From Eledone cirrhosa (Eukaryota), in NCBI GenBank assembly GCA_964016885.1, contig OZ024742.1:347882001-347946000 (forward strand): a DNA stretch of 64,000 bases, given 5' to 3'. Within the stretch, counting starts at the first letter, position 1. The number at the start of each line of letters is the position of its first letter. The notes below the pieces were generated by a model that saw only the letters and a program-made list of their open reading frames with translations, was not told where the DNA came from and searched no databases. A program made the position numbers and the translations under genes. Shown one piece after another: positions 51,660 to 64,000 of the stretch.

Positions 51660-54600
51660 ATAATAATAATAATGAAATTATTGTGTAAAGTGCTCAGGTG
51701 CACTACAACTCGTCAAAGGTGTATGTATAGTACATAGAATAATACACAAATGTCAGGGAAGTACATGTGTGTATGTGTTAGCTGTAGTGTTGACGGATCT
51801 CGGGAAGCATGGAGGCCTTAAAGGATGCAGTGTCTCGACAGCTAACAACTGATGCAGGTAGTTTGTTCCATGCTTCAGCAACTCTGAGCATGAAAAAATG
51901 TTTGCGAAAGTCATGGGAACTGTGCTGTTTTCTTACTTTGTGGGCATGTCCACGTGTGTTAGACACATGGAAATCAAAAAGGTACTCAGGGTTGTTGTTG
52001 GCAACATGGTTAACAATTTTGTGGGTGTTTACCAAGTCAGTTGCCAGGCGTCGGAGCTTCAATGAATCCATGCCCAGGGAAGCAAGGCATTCAGAGTATG
52101 GTAGATGCCTGATGAAGGGTATTCGGTTGGTTGCACGTCTCTGAACAGTTTCCAGGCGGTCAATGTTCTGAGCAAGATAGGGGTTCCAGACTGGTGATGC
52201 AAATTCTAAGTGTGGTCGCACCATAGCTGTATACAGCCTTAAATAGATATCTGGAGAGCGGCTGACAAAGGTCTTGCTGAGTGATGGTAAGACACCCTCG
52301 GCCCTCTTGACAATTTTAGAGACGTGCCTCATCCAACGCAAATCGCTGCTGACCGTAATGCCCAGGTCACGTTCACAAGAAGACTTCTTGATATTAGTGC
52401 TGTGGAGGGAGTATGTGGACGCTGGGTTTTTACTCCCAAAATGCATGGTGGTGCACTTGTCCACAGCTAGCTTGAGTTGCCAGTCTGAGATCCATTGTTG
52501 CATTGTGTCCAGGTCAGACTGCAAGCAAGATCTATAGTGTTCAGGATCTGTCCTTTTTATCTCAAGGTACAGCTTGATGTCGTCTGTGTACTTTAGTACT
52601 GTGGCATTCCTTAAGTTGGCATGTATGTCATTAATATATGCCACAAACAAAAGGGGGCCAAGAACAGATCCCTGTGGTACACCAGATGACATCTCATATG
52701 GTGAGGAATGCTGTCCCAGAACCGTGACTACCTCTCTTCGACTGAGAATGAAGGACTTCAAGCAGTTAAAAAGATCATCCTTCACACCCATTGCAGAGAG
52801 TTTTGCCATAAGCCTTTTGTGTGGCACAGAATTGAAGGCCTTCGCAAAGTCAAGGTAAACAACATCCACCCATGAGCCGCCATCAGTGATCCGGGTGATG
52901 TCCTCAAGAAACTCTATAAGTTGATCACAGCAGCTGGAGTTCGGGATAAATCCAAATTGCGAGGACGGATAAGACTGTGAGAGCTCCAGAAGTTCCTAAG
53001 TGTTTCTCTGACACAGGATTCCATCAGTTTGGCGATGCAACTAGTAAGACTGACTGGACGATAGTTCACAGGTGATGTGCGGTCACCCTTTTTGAACAGA
53101 GGAAAGACACTGGCAATTTTCCACTGTTCTGGAGTAGCACTGTTGTTCAGACAGAATTGGAAGAAGCGTGATAACTGCTGCAGAAGGAAGTACCCACCAC
53201 GTTTGAGAAGCAGGTGCGTAACACCATCAAGACCAGGAGAGGCATAGTTGCGCTTATTCTTAAGGTGTCGTCGCAGCATTGCAGGTGTAAATTCCATAGT
53301 TGTAACAGAATCCGGCGTCATAGGTGGTGGAGATGGTACACTCTGGTCTTCAATAGTGAAAATGCCTGCATAGCATTCAGCAATGAGCTCTGCGCATTCC
53401 TTGGGGTTGTCAGTAACCTGGCTTGTGTGGGGATTGCGAAGAGGACCAACTGGAGAGTGAAGCCTCTGCTTTGAGTGAACATACTTCCAGAACACCTTAC
53501 TGTCAGGGCTGGTTGCTATGCGCTGCTCAAATTGAAGCACTGCCTTTTTTGTCACCTGTTTGAGGTGGTTGGACGATCTATTTCGCCTCTTCCTATTAAT
53601 CTTCTGATTTGTGAAGTTTGTACTCACGTTCAGCATTGCGCCGTTCTTTTCTGGCAAGACGGACTGCTGCAGTCTCCCAAATTGCACTTTTGGGATGTTT
53701 TTTCCGCTTACGTGGCACCGATGCTGCACATGCTGTCCATATTGAACTCAGGATGTTCTGGAGTACAGTGTTGACATCTCCAGAGTCGTAGAACTCAAGC
53801 TAGTTTGGCCGTTGCAACTCGGTGCAGTAACAGTTCCAGTCAAAGTGAGCAGTTTGGAGATGGTTGTGGTTCTTGTTACTGCCCATGAGGGATAGATTGG
53901 CAATGATCATAGCATGATCAGAGTCACCTAAAAGTTCCTCAGCAGTAACACTAATGACCGTTTCAGGAGTAGTGGTGAAGAGTAGGTCCAAAGTGTTGTG
54001 ACCTCTCGTTGGGGAGGTGACCACCTGGGACCAACTCGAGTCCAGTACTAGCTCAAGGAAGTCATTTGCACTTGGCGGCCAACGAAAGGTTTCCCAGTCA
54101 ATCTCAGGGTGATTGAAGTCACCTGCAATGAAAACATAAGTGGCTGTCTTCCTGGCATCAGCTCTGAGGATATCACAAAGTTGAGTGTCCTGATGGTAAT
54201 TTGGGGGACGGTAAACGACTCCAAGTAGCAGTGTTGACATGGTCATACGTATATCGCAGAAAAAAACTTCCTGCTGTGATTGGTTCAAATCAGCAAAAGG
54301 AATTGCCGACAGATTTGACCGAACGTAGACCATTACACCACCACCACCACCACGATTAATGCGGTCTTTATGAAACAGGTTGTAGCCAGTCATGCTGAAA
54401 ACCCCACCACAGAGTAAGGGATGTGCCCAAGTTTCCGTGACTGTAATGAAGTCAGGGTTGATACTTTTGACGTAGGAGTCAAAAAGATGAATCTTATTGC
54501 ATAGACTACGTGCATTCAAGGACAACAATTTGTACCTTGATTCCAGTCTATGATTATGTGCAGGGGATGGCAGGTTGTTCTGATTTAGTTTCCCAGAGTT

Positions 54601-56095
54601 TTTTCAGTTTCTTTATTATCAGTTGTTGTGGGTACAGTGTTTTCAGACCAGCTGGTGTCTTTTTCCATGATTCGCCAGCCTTAACAAACTTCCATATCTG
54701 CCCATCATCTCGTAGGCTGAAGCTTTCATGTTCTGCCGAGCTGCGGTTTAAGGAAGCTGCAGCACGCAACTTTGGGCGGACATCAGGTGGAAGACCAGGG
54801 CGTGTTCGGAAAGCAATCCGACTTTCACGCCTAGCTTTATCAGAGGCTACAAGGTATGAACGTGCCTCAGTTGAGTTTGAAAACGACAGTCTAATTAACC
54901 TGGGTTTCGGGCCTGTTCGGCTAAGGCGTAGAGCACCCTTTGCGGGAGCACAGCCCAGGTCTTTGGATGAACTGGCAGCAAATGCCTGAAGATCAACTAT
55001 GTCTTCTGGTACACCAATGGCAATCACTTCGTGGTTTGCAGATTCAGTGGCATTCTCAATGCGTCTAAGTTCAACATGAGGTACGCGGAGATTTTTTAAC
55101 AAGGCACTCCGGTAAGATCCCTCATTGTGGGGTTCTACACGAACGCTTGATTTTATTTCCGCTATTTCTTGGCTGAAAGCGGAAATCATTTGCCGTATTT
55201 CCTCAAACTCCGTATTGACGGTCGGTTTTTGTTGTTGTTCTCCTTCAACAGGCATCGTAGAAGACAGAGTCGTCGGTTGTTGTTGTTGAAAAGTAATGGG
55301 TGAGGAAGACATGGGTTGCTGTTGTTGATGAAGTCCTTCAACGGGGGTAGTAGCAGAAGCTACGGTCATTGGTTTTTGCTGTTGTTCAGGAACAATGGTA
55401 GAAGACACGATCCTCGGTTTTTGCTGTTGTTGTTCGGGAACAATGGTAGAAGACGCGATCTTCGGTCTTTGTTGTTGTTCCGCAGCAATGGGAGAAGCAG
55501 GCATACAGTCCAGGCACTGAAAGGACCAGTTTGTTAGCTGGACCATCTCCCAGAGTCTATCCATCGTAGCAATATGATGTTTCTTGTTTTGGCCTGGGAT
55601 CTTCCGGAAGCCTGTGGTGCATTGAAGGCAGACAGAGATGTGACAGGTTCCACATTCGACCCAACGATTACGGAACGAATTTTCGGGTTCCGTACAGATA
55701 TGGCAGGTGTGATCTTCTGGGCAATGTTCTATTTTGGAACATCGACCAGTTTTGTCGCATACTTCATCCATGGATATCACCATGGCAATTTTGTTATTTC
55801 TGCCCATCCGTAGAAAAACACAGAATGTAAACAATATAGGTTTAGCGCACTTGATTACGATAGAAATAAAATGTTTTTTTTTTTTTTTGGTGTATTATGT
55901 TTCCGTTTTCCTAAATGTTGTGTGTGTACAGAAGAGTCTGTGCATGTAAACAAATAAATATGCTGCGTAAGTTAAATGAAACGTACTGTAGAAGGCAACT
56001 GTTTATTAACAGCGAAATAACGTTTTTTTTTCCTGATACTGCTTCTTTATAATAAACTTTCAATAATATTTTTCAAATTATTAACTTTCAGCTGC
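51660..56095 (-). mobile_element. Near full-length CR1-clade LINE: ORF1, frameshifted ORF2 (APE + RT), (TTA)n tail
   Basis: ORF2 pieces LNARS..TETW..YRPP..AGDFN..SDH, NYRPVSLTS, YLDFAKAF, GVPQGSVLGPLLF, YTDD. Confidence 0.92.
54554..55834 (-). CDS. CR1 ORF1 protein with PHD-like zinc finger and Q-rich repeats (start codon uncertain)
   Basis: CHIC...WVECGTCHISVCLQC...FQCLDC; lies directly upstream of ORF2. Confidence 0.75.
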   Translation of the reverse strand: MFTFCVFLRMGRNNKIAMVISMDEVCDKTGRCSKIEHCPEDHTCHICTEPENSFRNRWVECGTCHISVCLQCTTGFRKIPGQNKKHHIATMDRLWEMVQLTNWSFQCLDCMPASPIAAEQQQRPKIASSTIVPEQQQQKPRIVSSTIVPEQQQKPMTVASATTPVEGLHQQQQPMSSSPITFQQQQPTTLSSTMPVEGEQQQKPTVNTEFEEIRQMISAFSQEIAEIKSSVRVEPHNEGSYRSALLKNLRVPHVELRRIENATESANHEVIAIGVPEDIVDLQAFAASSSKDLGCAPAKGALRLSRTGPKPRLIRLSFSNSTEARSYLVASDKARRESRIAFRTRPGLPPDVRPKLRAAASLNRSSAEHESFSLRDDGQIWKFVKAGESWKKTPAGLKTLYPQQLIIKKLKKLWETKSEQPAIPCT

Positions 56096-56409
56096 TCGTA
56101 TATATATATAATTAAAAGGTGTATGTGGGTTAGAAGCGAAGTCAATGTTCAGAAATATTTTACCAATGTACGTAAGATTGGCCGGTATAGTGTCTCACAC
56201 AAAATAGTGTGGTTTCTTTTCACGCGTGTGTATATGCATATGGTATATATCTGTATATAAATCTGTGTGTATATTGTTGTTTATATGTTTTGTGGAGTAC
56301 TTACTGCGATCCCTAAGGGATGTAGCGATTTTTTTTTTTTCCCTTTTCCCCGTCCATGTCCACACGTGGTTTGTTGGCGAAAATCAAGTAAAAAAAATTG
56401 CAATGATGA

Positions 56410-56458
<49 letters not shown>

Positions 56459-56644
56459 GATAAATCTACCAAAATATACGGTAGTGTCCAATCCGTATGA
56501 AGAACTCAATGTAGTCCGAATATCATGAAAAGAGATGTATTCAAAAATATTTTTTCTATGAAAAGTACAGGAAAACAGAGTCAAGATAAATTAATAAAAA
56601 TAATGAATAAAAACAAAGAAACAGTTCCTTATATTAAAAAATTC

Positions 56645-56782
56645 ATCATTTTACAATCGTTTCTAGGATATATATATATGTTTGTGTTGGTATGTATATC
56701 ATATAGATCTATGTAAAATTTTTACAAACTATCAGAGGGAATATGCATACCTACACATATATATGCTGTCTTCAGAAATAAT
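56645..56782 (-). ncRNA. Atypical hammerhead (C10.1-A11.1), inverted copy
   Basis: Minus strand ATTATTT-CTGAAGA-C-AGCATATATATG...CATATATATATATCCT-A-GAAA-CGATTG-TA-AAATGAT. Confidence 0.65.
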
Positions 56783-58006
56783 GATATTTGTTTATTGAAA
56801 AAAACCAACAAGGATTTAATATAATAGGTCTGTTTGGGAACAGGTTTTGAATTGACCAATAGAAAGGTAGTAAAGGTCAAGATGGTAAAATAGTAGTAAT
56901 AGAACTTTAATTTAGGGGTAGAGGAAGGTAGATTTCAGTTTTGGATGGAAAGAGTATGATGAATGAAAGATTATTAAATAAGCGACAGGAATTAATTATA
57001 TCGTGTAATCATAAACTGAGAAAAACATTTAAATATTATAAACCTAATTAATATACACTTTAGAAATTATTATAATAACCCTTTTTTTAAATTAGGTAAC
57101 CTATAATTAATATTCTACTACTAATGAACTACATAATTTTATTTCCCTTTTACAACTATCTTTTCCTAAAATTTATACCAATAAGTATACATATAAACTA
57201 TTTTAATTTCAGGTTATGATTCTATATTCCTTGTAATCTATATATATTTGTTATTTCTCACTAATAAATTTACCCCCCCCCCCCCAATAATAATAATTTT
57301 TTTTTTTATTTTCCCTTCGTTTTTAACAGCACTCTTCAATTACATCTAACTCTTATTTATCATATCTATATGCATTAATATAATTTTATCAATATAATTA
57401 TACCTATCAATTTAATTAATTTATTTTCTTTTTATAGATGTAAATTCCCTATATTTTAAATAAGTTTGATATTTTTCACTAACACCTTTATCGTAAAATT
57501 TTAGTCTCCTTAGATATTTACATTAGCATTATTCTTTTATAACAGCAATTTTCGTGTACCTTTTACCGACCTGACCTATTTTCATCCCTAAAATAATCTT
57601 TTCATTCAAAACTGAAATCTGCCTTCTTCTACCCCTAAATTAAAGTTCTATTACTACTATTTTACCATTTGAACCAGTTACTACCTTTCTATTGGTCAAT
57701 TCAAAACCTGTTCCCAAACAGACCTATTATATTAAATCTTTGTTGGATTTTTCAATAAACAAATATAATTATTTCTGAAGACAGCATATGACCTATTTTC
57801 ATCCCTAAAATAATCTTTCATTCATCATACTCTTTCCATCCAAAACTGAAATCTACCTTCCTCTACCCCTAAATTAAAGTAAGTTCTATTACTACTATTT
57901 TACCATCTTCACCTTTACTACCTTTCTATTGGTCAATTCAAAACCTGTTCCTAAACAGACCTATTATATTAAATCCTTGTTGGTTTTTTTTCAATAAACA
58001 AATATC

Positions 58007-58140
58007 ATTATTTCTGAAGACAGCATATATATGTGTAGGTATGTATATTCCCTCTGATAGTTTGTACAAATTTTACATAGATCTATATGATATACATACC
58101 AACACACACATATATATCCGAGAAACGATTGTAAAATGAT
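58007..58140 (+). ncRNA. Atypical hammerhead (C10.1-A11.1, about 100-nt stem II domain)
   Basis: ATTATTT-CTGAAGA-C...A-GAAA-CGATTG-TA-AAATGAT. Confidence 0.63.
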
Positions 58141-58202
58141 AAATTTTTTAATATAAGGAACTGTTTCTTTGTTTTTATTCATTATTTTTATTAATGTATA
58201 TA

Positions 58203-60272
<2,070 letters not shown>

Positions 60273-63200
60273 TTGATTCATCAACAATGGCCGATCTACT
60301 AAATGAAACTATTGACCCCCCAGTAGCCTCTGTCTCACAGCATGAAACGCCACATCCTTTCTCTGGCCCAGCAGTCCAATCATCACCACTGCCAACATCT
60401 CTGCCTACTACTACTACTACTACTACAACATTTTTGTCTACTGCTATGTCAAGGAATTTACCTTCTAATACCAGAACAAGAACTCTCCCTCCCACAGTCC
60501 ACAAAGGTCGTCAAATCCTACCCAAACAATCATCTACACCTCTCACAACACCCACACCCACATACCCACCCACTCGAAACCCCATCATTTGCCGCTACTC
60601 TCTACGCTATAGAATATGTACGGATAGTGGCTGCAAATTCACCCATTTACCTAGGACAAAACGATCTATCCCCACAAACAGCCACCACCATAATACATAC
60701 TCTAATTTAACACCAACACAACCACCAATAACTCAAACAAGGAATCCACAAATCTGCCGTTTTTCCCTGCGAGACAGATTGTCTTTAGACCGGGATTGTC
60801 CCTTTACCCATCTCCCGGGGACCCGTCGGATAAATGAAAATAAAATTAAAAATAAAAGCAAAAACAAAAACCATAACCTACATAAAAATAACCACTACCA
60901 CAGTCACCAACAGTCTTCTAAACAGGAAACTTCTTCCTCTTTTTTAGCCATAATGAATCTGGCAAAAGAACTGGAAAAAAACATTCGAGCTATCACCCAG
61001 CACCACCCTCCACTATCACCCCACTGCACAAACTCCCATTGCTGCCATTAACAAACAAACAAATTAACAACACACCAAAACAATTAAAACCATCCACTCT
61101 CGCCTCTACATTTTTGCTTAACGCCCAAGGCATCAGCCCTTCCACCAATACTCAAAAATGGAAGATCAAATTCCTGGAGGACTGGATTGATGTCCATCCA
61201 AACCACATCCCTTTCTTCGTCCTCACTGAAACCCATCTCAGTAACCTCCACTTGGAAGCCGAGGTGAAAGTGAAAAATTTCAAAGCCATCCGTGCTGATC
61301 GCGCTGGCAGAAGAAAGGGCGGAACTGCCATTTATGTCCATAATTCTTTCTCAACAGAGGCTATGAACATATTCACTAATGGATACTGTGAGAACGAACA
61401 AAAAAATCAACAAGCTGAAATACTGTCAGCAGCAACACATCAACTTGACTGCCATTTCATCACTAGAGATTAAAAAACATAACCTCCAAAACAACATAAT
61501 GTCCCTCATCAACAATCAGAGAAGAGCTGAAGAGGCCTGGGCCATTGAGAAGATCAAACTCAATCCCAAAGTGTTCTTTTCATTTGCAAAAAAACACAAA
61601 ATCACTGGCTCTACTGTTGGCCCTCTAATTGATGAAAATGGCACTCTTCAAGACAATGCTAAAACCATGGGTGAGATACTGCAGAAACAATACTGCTCTG
61701 TTTTCAGCAATCCTGATATGGCCGATCTGGGCTGTATCGGCGATGTTACTCCCCATTACACCTTATCGGACATAACGTTTGGCGCCCCTGATGTCTTGGC
61801 GGCAATAAAGGAAATCAAGCATAATTCAGCAGTAGGTCCCGATAGGTTCCCTGCTTGTGTCCTGAAGGCGTGTCAACACCAACTTGCTTCTCCTCTTGCC
61901 AATCTGTGGCGGAACTCACTGGATGCTGGATATGTGCCAGAAAACCTTCTATCCCAGTCTGTTGTCCCAGTTTTCAAAAAGGGAAACAAATCCCTTGCCG
62001 TGAATTACCGTCCAATCTCACTCACCTCTCATATCATTAAGGTATTTGAGCGAGTGGTGAGATCGCGAATGACCCACTTCCTTGAGAGTAACAATATGCT
62101 GAACTCCAACCAGCATGGATTCCGTAATGGAAGGGATTGCCTGACGCAACTACTGCATCACTTTGATGACATTTTGAGAGCCTTGGGAGAGGGTTCCAAC
62201 ACTGATGTTATCTACCTTGATTTCAGCAAGGCCTTTGACAGGGTTGATCATAACATTCTACTGAGAAAGCTGTCCAATATTGGTGTCACTGGAAAGCTGC
62301 TGCAGTGGATCAAGAGCTTCCTGTCAAACAGAACCCAACATGTTGTAGTTGAGGGAGTCAAATCAAGCCCAGCCAAAGTCAGTAGTGGAGTCCCACAAGG
62401 CACTGTGTTGGGCCCACTTCTCTTCATCATCTATATTAATGACATCACTGACATCATCAAACACAGCAACATTAAAATTTTCGCTGATGATTCCAAGCTC
62501 CAAAAGGTCATCAATGGCGTGGATGACCGGATAAGCCTTCAGTCAATGGGCAGAAAAGAACAACATGTTACTGAACGAGGACAAATTCGAACTGATCCAC
62601 TTTGGAAAAGAGGATGCTCTGAAACTGCCGTACTCCCTTCCCTCCGGGGAAACTCTCGTGGCATCTAACAACATCAGAGACTTGGGAGTAACCGTGGACA
62701 GCAACATAAGCTGGACCACGCATATAAGCAGCAAAGTTGACATGGCCCGCAGAATGTGTTCCTGGATCCTCAGAACCTTCCAGTCGAGAGATTCCCGCAC
62801 CATTATCCTTCTCTTCTCTACTTTCGCCCGACCACACCTTGAATACTGTTGTCCACTGTGGTCTCCCCACACGAAACAAAGTATCATGAAACTTGAAGCT
62901 CCTCAAAGGGCAATCACGAAAAAGATAGATGGCATGTCAGACCTTGACTACTGGGGTCGATTGGAAAACCTGAAACTTTACTCACTCCAACGTCGCCGTG
63001 AGCGTTATATTATCTGCATGATGTGGAAAATGTTCCATCATCACTGCCCAAATGATGTTGGCATCGCCTTCAAGATACACCCAAGGCTTGGGCCCCGTGC
63101 TATCCGTCCCATTCAAAAATCTAAATCGCAACTCATAACAACAATACGGCACAATTATTTCACCTCAATCGGCCCTGCTCTCTTCAACATCACACCAGGA

Positions 63201-63432
63201 CACGTCAAAACAGAAACTGACCACTCAAAATTCAAGAAGTCTTTGGACAAATTCCTCCAAGTAATCCCGGACAAACCACCCACACCCGGATATGTCTCCG
63301 CAAACAGTAATTCTCTTCTCGAATGGGCCATGGTGCCCAAATCCTGAATTGAAAGACTTCGCCAGGTGGTGCTATTAAGTTAGACATGGCCTGGGCCAAT
63401 ACTGGCCAAAACATTTCAAAGTTATTCAAAGT
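60273..63432 (+). mobile_element. CR1-group LINE with CCCH-type ORF1 remnant, internally deleted ORF2 (APE start fused near 61390 to the pre-RT region) and frameshifted RT
   Basis: [20 protein letters not shown]; LNAQG..LTETHL..GGTAIYV; NYRPISLTS, YLDFSKAFD, GVPQGTVLGP, FADD, RPHLEYC. Confidence 0.9.
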
Positions 63433-63509
63433 TATATATACATATATATATACATATATATATATATACATATATACATATACATATATACATATATACA
63501 TATACATAT

Positions 63510-63544
<35 letters not shown>

Positions 63545-63901
63545 CATATATACATATATATATATACATATATACATATATATATATACATATATATATA
63601 TACATATATACATATATATATATACATATATACATATATATATATACATATATACATATATATATATACATATATACATATATATATATACATATATACA
63701 TATATATATATACATATATACATATATATATATACATATATACATATATATATATACATATATACATATACATATATACATATATATATATACATATATA
63801 CATATACATATATACATATATATATATACATATATACATATATATATATACATATATATATATACATATATACATATATACATATACATATATATATATA
63901 C

Positions 63902-64000
<99 letters not shown>
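63433..64000. repeat. (TA)n/(TACA) microsatellite
   Basis: Direct inspection. Confidence 0.97.

Larger units (their letters stand above)
56457..58195 (+). mobile_element. Severely 5'-truncated Hydra-like PLE: inverted pseudo-LTR (56457-56975), ORF C-terminus (to 57051), 3' UTR/pseudo-LTR with internal duplication
   Basis: 56971-57051 translates LLNKRQELIISCNHKLRKTFKYYKPN*, homologous to the end of the 760-aa ORF; 56592-56975 mirrors 57810-58195; TA tracts on both sides. Confidence 0.8.

Overview
AT-rich, (TA)n-riddled animal genomic DNA, probably octopus/cephalopod (inferred from repeat types only). Two convergent intron-containing host genes: COA5/PET191 (+, 2 coding exons, 86 aa) and CCDC124 (-, 4 coding exons, 210 aa). 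The rest is mostly retroelements: Tx1/L1, R4/Dong, RTE, two CR1-group LINEs, tRNA-derived SINEs, non-autonomous Helitrons, minisatellites and many Penelope-like element (PLE) insertions, one with an intact 760-aa RT+GIY-YIG ORF (probably Hydra clade). The main result of the hunt is about 19 type-I hammerhead ribozyme (HHR) motifs folded by eye, from about 10 sequence families. They include two non-coding tandem retrozyme-like arrays (523-bp and 420-bp units, one HHR per unit) and an atypical HHR variant (C10.1-A11.1 mismatch, greatly enlarged stem II, palindromic stem III) shared by three unrelated-looking families. All folds and alignments were done manually; no ribozyme activity or database match has been tested.
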